NCBI GenBank assembly: GCA_046563655.1
Contig: CM102290.1
Coordinates: forward strand, 11,718,001 to 11,782,000
DNA: 64,000 bases
From: Yuukianura sp. NJ FZ-2021
Lineage: Eukaryota
Direction: 5' to 3'
Part shown: in pieces, positions 1-13,444 of the stretch
Layout of the letters: every line of letters begins with the position of its first letter
Position numbering within the stretch: position 1 is the stretch's first letter
Made by a program: the position numbers and the translations under genes
Notes under the pieces: model-generated
Told to the model about the DNA's origin: nothing
Seen by the model: the letters and a program-made list of their open reading frames with translations, nothing else
The model's database searches: none

Positions 1-560
1 ATTTTTAGAAATTTTAAAAAGGTACCCTCAGATTTTGACCGAATTTCGAAAAAATCCATGGACTATAGTCCATGGTTTTTTTTTTCAAAATTTGACGAAA
101 AACTTGATCTTCGATTTTGGAGTTTTCAAAATGTCTAAAAATTCTTCATGTTTTTTGAAAGTCTCCCGCGAAGAGATTAGGTCTTTATCCCTTTCCATTC
201 ACGAGATATAAATTTTCAAACTTTCATTTTAATTTTCAAAAACTTTCAAAATTCATATCTCGGGAACGGAAAGTGATAGAGAGGTAAACTCTTCGCCCCT
301 GAATTATTCACAAAAATAAGTAGTGTTTTTAGAAATTTTAAAAATGTACCCTCAGATTTTGACCAAATTTCGAAAAAATTCATGGACTATAAGTCCATGT
401 TTTTCTTCAAAATTTGACGAAATACTTGATGTTCGATTTTGGAGTTTTCAATATTTGTTAAAGATTTTCTTATTTTTTGAAAGTTTTTCGTGAAGAAATT
501 AACTTTCTATCGCTTCCCGTTCTCAAGAAAAGATATAAATTTTCGATTTTTGGTGTGAAT
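1..560. repeat. Degenerate tandem ~325-bp repeat with internal palindromes (probable TE-derived repeat, likely intronic to the first gene; begins before the window)
   Basis: 1-~220 recurs at ~326-545 (tttttagaaattttaaaaa.gtaccctcagattttgacc..atttcgaaaaaat.catggactata.gtccatg). Perfect 20-bp palindrome CCATGGACTATAGTCCATGG at 56-75. Imperfect inverted pair ~184-222 / ~244-280. Confidence 0.8.
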
Positions 561-1109
561 TTCCGAAAGCTTTAAAAATTCATAGCTTTGGAATGTCCGG
601 GGAATTTCTGGGGAATTGTAAAGTTGAGTGGGAATTGAAACCGGAGATTATATAGAGCAAAGAGGTTCACTCCGTTTCTCTCAAATTCTCTTTTTCTGCT
701 GAAAGTGGACCAAACAGAAACTTTTGTAGGAATTGGGAACCTTTCTGAGATGTAGCGTACCCTGCTTGGTCCGATGCTCTCACAGAAAACCTGCTGCAGA
801 TCAATCCTACGAGGGAACACAACACATCTTCCTTGTACTGCTTTCTTTCAAAATTAAAAAAAAAAGAAACTACTTCATTGCTAATATGCTCATGCTCTCG
901 ATCGCAAAGTCCGTCACGACTGTTATAAAATGAGCTAAAGCATTTTTTTTGAAAGAATTAATTTCAAAAAGTTCAAACACGATGAGAGAGCCTTGACTTT
1001 TTCAGACGAAAAAACTTGGCTTACTATCTTTGTAGCTACTAGATATGTCTTTACAAACTTTTTCCAAAAATTTACATTTTGAGTTTATGTTTATATTGTT
1101 TTTATACAG

Positions 1110-2063
1110 GAAAACTTGCCAGTGAACTGAGCGTGCAGATTTTAGTGGATGCTGAATTCGTTTCTTGGAAAGAAGCGATAAATCTCTTGGCTCAATGCCT
1201 CATGGCTCGATACAATAGATCAGCACCGCGAGTTGGCAATACTACGCAAGCGTACCTCAAGGTTTGAATATCAACCGTGATTTGCACTAAAAGTACAGTG
1301 CTCATGCGTACAATGATCTTTTGGATTTTGTCCAACAGGGTGCCTTGACGACAGTAGCTAACGAGTGGGACTTGATGCAGAATGTACTGGGAGTACACTG
1401 GGCTGGAAAAGTTGTCCGTGGAGCATACATGGTACGTGAAAGTGAAATTGCCCGGCAACTTGGTCGCCCGTCTCCGGTTTGGTCCTCCTATGAAGAAACG
1501 AATCGCTCATACAACTCGTAATTTAAATCAACATAAAACTTCATTTCAGTTTTAATTTATGCCTTTTGGTTTTAGAATTATTGCTCACCTTTTGGAAAAA
1601 ATGGGAACGGACCAAGGAAAATTTAAACGTTCTCATCTTACAGTAGCTTCGCATAATGAGAGATCCATCCGATTGGCAGCACATCTCATCAAGCACTTCC
1701 ATCTTGATCCAGCGTCAAACTCCCGCCATCTTGTTTCATTTGCACAAATCTACGGCATGGCAGACTATTTGAGCACGCCTCTTGGTAAACTGTCTAATAC
1801 TTACTAAAAATACACATTCTAAACAAACAAATCAACATTAATTTCAACATTTATATAAAAACATCATTTTTCCTTCAGTTCGTAATGGTCATCCAGTCTA
1901 CAAGTCAACTCCGTATGGACCAATGGAAAGCGTCCTTCCGTATTTGAGTCGACGTGCTGTCGAGAATCGTTCAGTCATCCAAGGAGCACGACTGGAACTG
2001 GAAATGTTAACAAACGAACTGAAGTCAAGAATTCCCATTATCCGAAACTTTAAAAAAAGTTAA
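1110..2063 (+). CDS. PRODH2: Proline dehydrogenase family, hydroxyproline dehydrogenase (PRODH2)-like; 3' exons only, 5' part not resolved or outside the window
   Basis: Exons 1110-1261, 1339-1517, 1576-1784, 1879-2063 with GT-AG boundaries and consistent phases. Motifs [58 protein letters not shown]. Ser replaces Tyr in the KxxPYG motif, as in PRODH2. Confidence 0.85.
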
Positions 2064-2109
2064 ATTCAAAGAAGATGAAAACTGATCCAGGAACTACTGA
2101 GCCTAGATA

Positions 2110-2176
2110 ATTCCCGCCGACAGCCGGACAGACAGACAGACAATGTCAAACCATAAAGTAGCTTTCGCTACTTAAT
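2110..2176 (+). mobile_element. Possible Helentron/HINE-like terminal remnant: (GACA)n microsatellite followed by a stem-loop
   Basis: cggacagacagacagacaat at ~2125-2144, then hairpin AAGTAGC-TTTC-GCTACTT at 2156-2173, immediately after the PRODH2-like stop codon. Confidence 0.4.
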
Positions 2177-3066
2177 GATTAGCTAATTACATAAAACTAA
2201 TTCAGTCTATTTTCCTATTTTAGTTGGAATCACAGTCTTTATTACCAACCACAATCATTAATTAATTTCACCGCAAGTCTATTAAACGTTTTGTTCTAAA
2301 ATTAATAAGTAAATAAAGCCTATTTTTGGTAAATGTTAACGCAGTTTCGTAATAACGTTTTCACATCATGCTTTTCTAAATCCTATAGCTAGGACAAACC
2401 GGCAGCTAGGACAAACCAAGCTACGTTGACGACTAAAACAGTGTTATTACAGACAGTAAATTGCAAGATTTCGTATCTACTTTTGGAAAAATCTTCAATT
2501 TTCACGATATTCTAAAATAGTTACTCCAATATTTAAAATAAGAAGCATAACTTTTTCTAATCTAATTTAACAGCATCTCGAATGTTGTTCCGCGGAGTGA
2601 CAGTTTTTAAAATACTAAAAATTCTCTAAATTAACTAAATATTCCAATAGTTATCCTACTCATGTTCAAACGCTTTCTAAACGCTAACGGTTAATCCCAT
2701 TATAGACTAGGGCAGTTGAGTTTTAACGTAAATTGTTAAGTTAGTGGCATCACTTTAACCTTGTTGACGCCTCTCCAGCACTGACTATAATACTAAAACA
2801 AAAATGCGGGAAAAAAGTAATCCTGACAAGACGAAGGCTTCAACAAAGAAATACTTGACATGAGAGTCAAATCCAAAGGTCCGGTGACATTCGAGCTCTT
2901 ATATCATGTGACAGTCTTATCCATTCTCCAGAGACTCTATGTTGGGTGGGTTTAAGCAGAAGTCTAGATACGTAAACCGGTAAGCTAACGCCAGGACTCA
3001 CGAACTGACTGTTTAAGGAATTCTAAGATGTGTTAACCTGTAAGGAGTGGTTAGCGCAAAAAATTG

Positions 3067-5789
3067 TTACAGCCCTTGGTAGTTTCCGACTGGTTTGTAG
3101 TGTAGCTGGCCGCTGACCAAGCGACGTCTGAGTTCCTTGAAAATCAAGCGCCGTTCCTTTGCAATTTTCCCTAGGAAGCCACGGTTTTCTTGAGCTCTTC
3201 GAGACAAGTACGGAAGGACTTCAGTTACAGGCCCATAAGGTACGTATTTGTACACCGAGTATCCAGATTGGCCTAGAACACAAAACATCACCATCAACGT
3301 ATGACGACTTTCACTTAAAACATACAAATCACAGATTATTGTTTAAAACGTGTCTCACCTAGCGGAAAGGAAACCTGGTCACACATTCCATAGAGCTGAC
3401 CAAAACAAATCACGCGATCCATCGGCTCAATGCCGTATTCCTTCATCCTGAAAATAAACGTAAAAATGATGTTATAAAAAGTGAGGAGGAAAACTGGAAA
3501 CGAACGCGTAAAATTCAAATGTAGGGAAAACTAACTTTTGAATTGTGAATCGGACAGTGTTTTCGTTATGAGTGGCCGCCATGATAGCAATCTTCTTTGG
3601 TTCTCCAGTTGCTTTCAATTGTTGAATTCTTCGTAAAGATTCAAGCATGCAAGCTTGATACATTTCGGACGTTGCATCATAGCTCTCATTGATTGGATCT
3701 TCATATGAAAAGGCTTTAGCTCGCTCTCGTTCCTAAAAAAACAAATTATACGACTGTTGTACGAACACGCAAGGTGGAAAAAGTTTAGAAAAAGTAAGTT
3801 ACTAAATTTTGAGATTAAAGTTTAACCTGTTCCATGTAGGCACCGCGAACCAGTTTTGCTCCGAAGAAGAAGTTTTGTCTTTTGGCTTGTTCGTAGTCAG
3901 TGACAAGACTGTGAAGTGCTTCCTTCAAGTAGCATTGGTAAGTGTTAAAGACAATTGCCTTTTCCATGTTGTAGATTCGCATCATTTCCAAAGCAATTCT
4001 AGAAATTGCTGGTTGAAAATACGACTGTTCCGCATCAACCATGACTCGAACGTCATGCTTCGTGGCCGCCTGTAAACAAACGGAAAATGACTTTCCAATA
4101 CAGTTTGGTTTTGGCGAGGAAATCCGAATTCTTTGGAATATCAAACCTTGAAAATAGTATGAAGGCGTCGCATCATATTTCGGAACATTTCTTCCTCTTC
4201 GTCACTCAGCGGAGGAATCAAGTTCTCCATTTTTCCAGTTTCCAAATCCGGAAGTTTCATGACATCTCGGAGCTTCTGTTGGGCTTCCACTACGCCATGC
4301 CAAGGAAGAACATGAATAAGTCTGTTCCAAGTAAAAAAAATGGTTTAGCTTCCGTAAAAACAGGACATTGTACAACATGTTTTTGTTTTGAATAAAGTAA
4401 ATCTTACCCAGATGAGTCGTGAGTCATGTTGTGAAGCCAGGACTGAACGGTTGGGTCACTTAGAGCAGCCCGGTCGAACTTGCGTTGCAAATCTTCAGGT
4501 TTCAAATGCTGCTCCAAAACATTTCCGCGCCTTCCGGTGACTTGGCTGACATATTTCCGGACTCTGACGATTGCTTCCGAAAGTTGAAGCTGAAACCAAG
4601 AAAAGTTTGCCAGTTAAAACACTCCATTTTAGATAAGACCACAAGAAAAGAAGTTTCTTACCAAAAGTTGTGGTCGTCCCAGCGCTGTTACTTTAATGGC
4701 GGCAAATCCAGTGCCTCTGGTTGCGCCTGCCACACAAACATACACAGTAAGGAACCAAATCAGCATTAAGCAAAAGCATCGATAAACTGTTTTTGTACCT
4801 GATACAGCTTCAATTGATTTAATGAATGTTTCCATATTCCTTTCGCATTGGGCCTCATTCATGTAGAAGAAAGTTCGAGCAGACGAAACGCCCTCACGAC
4901 GATCAGCAAATTCAGCATGGACGTGATATTGCGTATATCCCTCTGTTGGATATCGTCACAAAAACAGAAATTAGAAGAATAAAAACAGAGTAGCAGCACA
5001 ACATTGTACAGAATTATTTTTTACCATTGGTTTTAAATGTCGACTGATCTCCTTTTGTCAATGGAACACTTGATCTGCAAACAAAAAGTACATTGATGTT
5101 ATTTCATGATCTTAAACACAAAGATGTCAAAGAAAGGCTCACTCAATTTCGATTTTGGCAGCATCTTCATGAGAAATATCTTCTTCTACAGAGTAATCTA
5201 AAATTGCCTTGACACCAAAATCCCAAAGCCTTTCTATTTTCGGTTGGATGGCAACTTGATCCGGACCTGCAACAAAGTGTCCATAGAACGTCATCTCCAT
5301 CAATCTCTCAAACAGTCTTTTTCCGAGTACTTTTTGTCCGAGACGCATCAACTAAAATTCAACAATCAAACAATATTAGGCATACTTAATTTGAATTTAA
5401 ACACAGTGATAAGTAAAACTAACCTTCATGTTGTTGTCTACCAAGTAGTTGATTGAGCACAGCTTAAAGACAGTATAAGCTCGAAGAAGTTCCAGCGTCG
5501 TTTTGGATTTGTACGCTGCCTCGGCATCTTCAAATGACAAGTCCAGCGTGTCAGCACGCCCTTTCGGTGTCACATCTTTGACGGGCGTTGACGTCGGGAC
5601 TTTGTGAACGGCACTGGCGACATGGGCAGACTTGTAGGCTCTTTGGGCATCAAGCCATGGCATGCGATTGACACGGGCAAATGGAACCAGGTTGAGACTT
5701 CCATGATTGAAGACAGATCGAGCAGGGAGTGAGGCGTAGGTTCTAGTAAGTGCGAAAGGAGAAGTGACAGAGGCCAGAAGTAGTTTCAT
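3067..5789 (-). CDS. PRODH: Proline dehydrogenase 1, mitochondrial (slgA-like), multi-exon
   Basis: Motifs [125 protein letters not shown]. The Arg/Ser-rich N-terminus from ATG 5789 resembles a mitochondrial presequence. Confidence 0.95.
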
Positions 5790-6073
5790 TCTTTCGGAAA
5801 AGTGTCCAGGAAGACTGGAATTGTCGAAGTCAATGGAACCAGAAGACAATTAGTGTTGTACTACAATCAGCAGTTCACAACGGGGCCCAAAGTTCTGCTA
5901 AATCGGAATTACATGTTGAGCTGGCTGTGGGGTATACTCACGCTTTGACCTTCAAATTGCCTGCAATTACACAGAGAAAAAATGGAATTTAGTGAGGTAT
6001 GCATATCCAGACAAAAAGAGAATAAATTACACATTACTAACCTATTGCAACCTGTCGGTGAATTATAAATTTC

Positions 6074-6855
6074 CGTAGCAGGTCATAACCGACAATCCAA
6101 AAATCGACAATCCAATAATCGACAATCAATAATCGACAATTTCAAAAATCGACAATCCTTTAAGCGACAATCCTAAAATCGACAATTTCAAAAATCGACA
6201 ATTTCAAAAATCGACAATTCCAAAATCGACAATTCTAAAATCGACAATGTCATAAATCGACAATCCCAAAACCGACAATTCCAATATTACTAGAAACCAG
6301 AAAGCAATCTAACGGAAAAATTTTACCATCGTCCGCGGTATGTTGAAGGTTGTATTCTATAAGTTTGGCTATAGTGACACAACTGGCAGTACTGATGAAG
6401 TATGGCTAGCTTAGCATGCGGTACCGCGCCGTAGGCGCGGCGATAGGTTTGGTAAAGCAGACAATAGTGATTACGTCTGTAGGGTTTATTGTCTACATAA
6501 GTCTGGGTTAGAAAAATTTCAAAATTTAAAAACATCATAACCATATGTTGTCTGGCGAAACTGCACAAATCTGATGGCATATTCGTGTTCAGCACCGCGG
6601 TAGTAAAATTTTTCCGTTAGACTGCTTTCTGGTTTCTATCAATATTGGAATTGTCGGTTTTGGGATTGTCGATTTATGACATTGTCGATTTTAGAATTGT
6701 CGATTTTGGAATTGTCGGTTTTTAAAATTGTCGATTTTTGAAATTGTCGATTTTAGGATTGTCGCTTAAAGGATTGTCGATTTTTGAAATTGTCGATTAT
6801 TGATTGTCGATTATTGGATTGTCGATTTTTGGATTGTCGGTTATGACCTGGAACC
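6074..6855. mobile_element. Non-autonomous foldback/MULE-like element with ~250-bp internally repetitive TIRs and a 9-bp TSD
   Basis: Left arm 6079-~6330 is the reverse complement of ~6600-6850. Each arm is built from ~14-15-bp AAAATCGACAATYY subrepeats. Direct repeat ATAAATTTC at 6065-6073 and 6856-6864. Confidence 0.9.
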
Positions 6856-7611
6856 ATAAATTTCTAATGTTAATGGCGTGAATTGACACGAAAGAATTTG
6901 GGTTCTCACTACACTGGACCAGAATTAAGGAAGAAATGAGTGACTGTGTGTGACAGTGGCAGTGTCACTTGTCAATTCTGGTTTTGAGGATTAAGAACGT
7001 AAGTGATACACAGCGTCCAGTAATTAACTTCCAGTATCCAACATGTCACGGCCAGACATGACATGCCACTCATCAATCTAACTACCACCTTCAATTGAGT
7101 AACAACTTTTAATGCCAATGTCAATGTCAGTCATCCTCACACAATGCATCTCAAAAATCTCATCTATAGCGGTCCTACTCAACTAAATTTTAATACTCCA
7201 CTCTCCACTCAAGGTCAAGTGGTAATTTTCACAGAAACGCATGACTGCTTGCTCTTGACCTTCATTTAGACTAAATAACGTTGAGTTACGTTACTTCCAC
7301 AAGTTTTTCAGTTTAGGAAGCAAAATGTAATCAAATGTAAAAACCAGTAATTACATAATGGGAAGCAAGTGCCGTTTACTCGTTCAATTAAAACTGGAAA
7401 AACGTGAAATGCGTCTTGAGAATCGGGATAAGCTCAATGCGTGTGTTTAGTAAACATGACCTTGGTGGGTTACACGCTAGGTCAACTGGATTGATCCAAG
7501 TTAGACTGGATTACACCTAAACTTTAGCTATAATTAACCCAAACCTTAAATTAAAACTCAAATGACTATTCTATTTAACTCTATCATATTCAAAGTCTAT
7601 TCGGTAATTAT

Positions 7612-8375
7612 CAGAGCCGCAAAACATATTTTTTTACATATTACATATTTTTATATTTTTAAAAAATATTTCCCGAAAAAAAATATAAAAAATATTTAAC
7701 AAAATATTCGCAGAATTTGACAAAAAAGAGGTATTTTCGGCGAATTTTGGACGATTTTCTAACATTTCAGGCCAATTTTGCCCAACCGGCGATTGAGTAG
7801 ACCAATATCAAGGTGTTTTACGTACATTTTCCCGCATTCAGCACTACATAGTATAGAGGGATATAGGTGGCAAAATTATTTTACAATTTCGCACTTTTAA
7901 AACAGTTCCTGTAATGAAAAATTACCCTTTTCGCGCATTATTTTCAACTTTTTTTTTCTAATTGCAGTAATTTCAAAAAAGTTTTGAACGCTAAACGCCT
8001 TTAAACGGCTAAGCGTACAGTCAATTTGTCGTACGTGTAAAAAGCCGCACGCTTAAACAAATGCATGTACGCTTCAAAACCAATTCCAGAAAAAAAAAAC
8101 TAGGTATAAGCGTACGGATGAATTAATGTACACTTATTCTGATGTACGCTGGACATGTGTTGGCTAATGTACGCCTAACATCCTCTCAAAAGCGTTTCTA
8201 ATTGGAATATCTGTTCTGTAAAACTCGCATCTAGGGTACAGTTTAGTAGTAATTTTGAGGAAATAGCTAAATATATCGTAAAATAAAAAATATTTTAGTA
8301 AATATTTCAGTGATTTTTAGTACATATTTACATACATATTTCACTGGTTTTAACAACATATTTTTTGCGGCTCTG
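7612..8375. mobile_element. hAT-like MITE
   Basis: TIRs CAGAGCCGCAAAA (from 7612) and TTTTGCGGCTCTG (ending 8375). 8-bp TSD GTAATTAT at 7604-7611 and 8376-8383. No ORF. Confidence 0.88.
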
Positions 8376-9956
8376 GTAATTATCAAAGTATAGTTATGTG
8401 AGTTGTCGTGTCCCGGGACGAAAAGACCATAAATAATACTAAAGCTTGATAAGGTTCATGTCATAGAGTCATCTGTCAAGATGCTGGAACTAATTGAATG
8501 TTTTAACACCAAATGTATGACCCCTCCTGAACCGTGTTACTGTTACATGATTAGTTAGTAAGAGGAGACTTATAATGTAGGGCAAGGCCAATTAAGTAAT
8601 CAAAGTGTTACTTGATTTAGTACCTCTCCTTCTCCAGCTGATCCGGTGTGCAAATTCCTTTTATCTCCTTATTACAGTGGCTTCTGGATGTTCGTGACCC
8701 TTGACCTGTCTGTTGATCTGTGAGGTGTCCAATGAGTAGTACTTTGTTGACGTAGGCAGCGGAACAGTGGAAGTGCAGTACGAATTAGTAATTCCAAAAC
8801 TGGGGAATGAGGCCAAGTGTAAACGAGAACCGAGAAACCCAGTGACAACGGCACGAGACTCCGATCCGACAACATACCCGCCGCACTCTCACACCTAAAA
8901 CCACAAGGACTTTTACGTTACGTCACACGACCGACATATAACCACGCGAATTATATTCGCAAATTGCGAATCGTATATTCCTAATATCATAACATGAACT
9001 TCTCCGTTCCAAGTGAAGTCCAAATGAATTCAATTCTAATGCTCATGATGGTGCCTTACTATGCTGTCATTACTAATGACTCATTAGTAATCCCTACATC
9101 AATCACTTCAACTTAATTTAACGAAATGGCAAGGTCAACACAAAGTCACCCGTCAAACTCATTTTTGCAACGGTTTTTTTTTTGTATTTCGCAACGATTT
9201 CTAATCTAAAAAACGGATTTGATTTTAGCTTGCTTGCAGTATCTCAAAGTATTTCAATTTTTCGGCACTACAAAAAACTATAATTGAATTACAGACTTAT
9301 AACCATTGAAAAGGTTATTTGGCTTCGGGGCTTACGGACATCAAAATGATTTGTTTTGCTGTGACTATGCATACTTCCTAAGTTGAATTGATAATATTAA
9401 TGTTAATAACAATATATTATAAAATGTTGTTTTCTTAAAGTTTTGTATAATTTAAATGAAAATTTGTTTCGTCTGCATAAGGCATAGCATTGAAGCGTCT
9501 CGGTTATGGCGGGATTTTTATATTTTCTTGCATGTATTTTTTTCTTACAAGTTTGAATGAATCAGCTGTTCGCCCTCACCGTGGGAATGGGATGACTTAA
9601 GTGTAATTTTAATTAATTTTAATTGTAAACCTCACGTTACTCTAGTCTTAGCTCTACCATTCAATTCAACCAATTCATCATCAACAGAACTACTGACCCT
9701 TGACCCTTGGGCGTGTACCGGCCACCAACCATCGCGACAAAAATTAACATAACACTGGAAGTTTCAAGAACGTCTTGGTAATAACATAAACAAACATCAT
9801 TCGATGGTAATATAGCGGTAAATAGTGGTTACGTTAAGCTATGCTGATTGTTTACTAATAAACTTAACTAAATTTGTTCCTTATTATTTGCAGCTAACCT
9901 TGTCATGATCGATTAAATCAAGGATCATTAGTTCGACTTTTTAATTCCGTGAGACA

Positions 9957-11192
9957 ATGGCTGGAGAACAAGACTTCAATATCCTCCGTCTTACCTTGTC
10001 CAAGGCCAAAACGCCTCCAGAACTTGATGTTTCTGTAGAGGAAATGACGCTCCGCCCTAAACGTCTACGACATAATTTAAAGGTGAACGAGCTTTTCCAA
10101 AGAGTTGACACAAGATTTACCGACAACTACACTTGATGCTAAGTCCAATGTGTGTTTTTTGTATGTCTCATTTTAGATCAACTGGACATCTTGGAATGAC
10201 AAGCAGCGTGTAGAATGGAAAAACAGTCGAGAAAGTAGACCTTATGTGGCACATCTTGTCTCACTGGACAAAGAGAAAGAGTCAGACACTGAAGACGAAG
10301 GTCATGCAAGGCTGAAGAACTTTGAGCGACTCGTGTATTGCCCTGTCATCCTTTGTGTGGATGGCTACTTTTTACCGGACTTCTTCGATAAGCTACATCT
10401 CGGAACATATGCACTACAGTTCTACGAGGCATATACAAAGAGACTTAACACGAACCAGGATGCCCAAGATTGCAGTAAGATCGTTTTCTCGGATCGGATG
10501 TCTGGAGGTCTGTTGTATTCCATCCTCATTTTCATGAAGCCTCCCGTCAAACACATCATGGACATAACCGGGTATTTAAAATCGTTAAAAATATCAAGAA
10601 TGTATTTGATAAATAAAATTAACTGAGGAAAATGCTTTTATGCAGAGGTCGATTGGCCAACTCGTTACTGCACGAACGACAAGACGTGGACTTTGCCCTC
10701 TCTTGGTTGTCTACTCTTGGCGGAGCCTTTTCTTCTTTAGGAGAAAAATCAACCTCTTGGGTAAAGTATAATCATGAACTAAGGCTTTAAACTGCAGAAA
10801 TCAATTCGTGCATGCAACGAATTACTTACAAGTTAACTTCCGATTTTTAGGCAATGAGTGCAGGCGAGATATCACTGAAGCAACTCAAACTGGCCATCAG
10901 ACTGCGGGATCCTTTAATCACATCTCGTTGCAAGATCTATTGGGCGCTGAGTTTAATTCAACGTGGATTTCTTCGTCGAGCTCGTCGTATCCTACTCGGA
11001 GAGTATCAATTTTATCAATCCTTACCGTCAGGGACTGACATTCGACTAGGAAGAATGATCCACGGAGTTTGGCACAAATTAAAATACGAATGGAATCTCC
11101 GCATTCACCAGAAGCATCAACGAAAACATCATGATGCTCCAGCCTCACCCAGTTCCTTCATCATCGACACCGCGTTTCCTGTATTGAATTGA
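9957..11192 (+). CDS. DUF4807-like (C. elegans F58A4.6-like) uncharacterised protein, 4 exons
   Basis: Spliced ORF contains FALSWLSTLGGAFSSLGE and AGEISLKQLKLAIRLRDPLITSRCKIYWALSLIQRG, matching my recollection of this family's conserved block. Confidence 0.75.
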
Positions 11193-11962
11193 TCATTCGA
11201 ACACACAATTTGGTACTTTTGTTTACTGATCTTATAATTATGTCGTTTACTAGTCCACATCTAAATTCTAAATTCCCAAGTAATGTTTGACTGTACGACG
11301 CCACTGTCATGCTGATTCTTTCGTTTCCCATTTAAAAACGAACTTTTCACTTTAAACTTCACCAGAAAACGTTTTGTATCGTAAATTGAGCTGAGGTAAA
11401 GTGTGATAATTGAAAAAGAATGAAATAACTCCAAACAAGAATTAAAATGCTCAATGCTTATAAAATGCTTGGATTAAAATGATAATTTGTTAATCAAGTA
11501 ATTAGTAATATAGTAATTAGGTTATTCTAAACAAAGCTTAATGCCAATTACGTAGTTACGAAATTAAGTTTAGTAGAGCAGTGCGGTGTAAGGTTAGTAC
11601 ACCAAGGTTAGTATTGTAAGGCGCTAAAATAAAGAGTATTGGCGCGAACATTCAAAAATGGATTTCCAAAGAAGAGGTTTTGGTTTTTCGATTTTTTTGT
11701 ATTGAAAAATACACTCGCTTTGCGGCCCTGTCGGTATTTCGTTACAGGAGTCCTTGTGTTGTAGTGTTTACAATAAGATTAATTTGTGATCACTAATTGC
11801 AATTAATTAACGTTAACATTGCTCTGCGTTAATATCTTTCTTATACCTTGTTGGAAGTTAAGTATTAGTATTCCAGGTCAGTAGTTAATCTTTTAGGCAA
11901 ATATCAACTGTCATTCGTTCGGATTCTTTGCTTCTTCATCCGTTCACCTCCATTTTGACAGA

Positions 11963-12652
11963 ATGAAGTTGGTAAAGTAAGTAACTGATGACCAATTAAA
12001 TTTTGTAATTTGTAACAATTTGCTAATTGTAATTTGTAGTAATTAGAAAAATGTAGCAATGAATCTGCTCGTACAAACTAATCTAATTGACTATAAAAAT
12101 CGGAATATTTGATTCTTTGTTTTCTTGCAGTTTCCTCATGAAGTTGAGCCACGAGACGGTAACGCTAGAACTGAAAAATGGCAGCACAGTTACCGGTACT
12201 TTGGCAGGTAGATGGTGCAGTTGAAAAGTTTACTGTTGTAGTTGATAGTGTTCTATGCTTAGCTAATCGTGTTTTGAACATTTTAGGTGTGGATGTCGCC
12301 ATGAATACTCACTTGAAACAAGTAAAAGTGACCTACAAGAACCGAGAAACGACACTTACGGACTCGATCACAATTCGTGGAAATAACATTCGTTACTACA
12401 TTTTGTCCGATGCACTACCCCTTGACTCTCTTCTGATCGATGAGTCCTCCAAGGCCAAACAGAAGAAGAAACAACAAGCAAAGGGTATGAATTTAATTCT
12501 TGTTGGAATGTTTCAGTGTTCGATTTAGCAATTGAAGTTTTTTTTTCGTTGCAGCATCGGTTCGAGGTGGTGGCAGGGGACGTGGACGCGGAGCTCCGCG
12601 TGGTGGACGAGGTGGGGCACGAGCGCCGCGTGGATCTCGAGGTGGCCGCTAG
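11963..12652 (+). CDS. SNRPD1: Small nuclear ribonucleoprotein Sm D1, 4 exons
   Basis: [52 protein letters not shown], and an RG-rich C-terminus. Confidence 0.95.
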
Positions 12653-12937
12653 TGTTATTCAACTAGAGTCAACTTTAAATTTTTTCTTTAAGAATTCTTT
12701 TTCACAAAATTCCAGAAGGACTAAAGTAATAAAAATTTCCTTTGTAAAAATTTATTCACTGCCGATTTGTGTAACACATCCAGTTTCTGTCTCCGTTGTA
12801 TCAACTTTTCAAAAAATTTGGAACAGCGAACCGTTCAACTCTATTCCTTTTCCACTATTGGATCTAAGCGCTTAGAATAATTGACTATGAGTTACGTAGA
12901 TTCAAGTCTTTTAGAAGTTCTTAAACATCGTCCAATA

Positions 12938-13444
12938 TCAAGGACCCGCCGGTGAAGAAGGGGGAGGCGGGGCAGTCGTAGTAGCATTTCTTCTTACTCT
13001 TGGAAAACTTGGTATACGAATCCCATTTTCACCGAAGATGTTGAGTTTAGGGAATGACGTTACATTTCCCAGAATCAAAACCACCCTCAAAAGTGCGATG
13101 ACCAGAACTGTCCATATTGGTATGAAAATGTAGTACAGTGGAATGGGCCATGACGACAACTTGAGACAAAGGAGAGTCTGCGTTGTCATCTTCAGCAGTA
13201 CTGTTCCAAGGACGTACACCTTCTTTCGAACATGAGGAACAGTACATAGTTGACGTGGATCGGACCTTAGACGACTGACGATGTAGAAGACGGAGTAGGT
13301 GAGCACGACCACATCAAAGAGCCATAATGGTATGAAAACGATGAACCAGTTCCAATTCGTACGCTGATCCAGTCTGATGACCAGGAGTATCAGAAAAATT
13401 AAACCGAGGAACCATGTAAGGAGGACACGGTGGAGGAAAGACAT
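12938..13444 (-). CDS. TMEM60: Transmembrane protein 60-like (single coding exon)
   Basis: HRVLLTWF..LIFLILLVIRLD..TNWNWFIVFIPLWLFD; four hydrophobic segments; C-terminal YYIFIPIW. Confidence 0.85.
   Translation of the reverse strand: MSFLHRVLLTWFLGLIFLILLVIRLDQRTNWNWFIVFIPLWLFDVVVLTYSVFYIVSRLRSDPRQLCTVPHVRKKVYVLGTVLLKMTTQTLLCLKLSSWPIPLYYIFIPIWTVLVIALLRVVLILGNVTSFPKLNIFGENGIRIPSFPRVRRNATTTAPPPPSSPAGP

Noticed and set aside
6079..6850. CRISPR-like regular repeats
   Set aside because: There are no unique spacers, the context is eukaryotic, and the repeats form inverted arms with a TSD.
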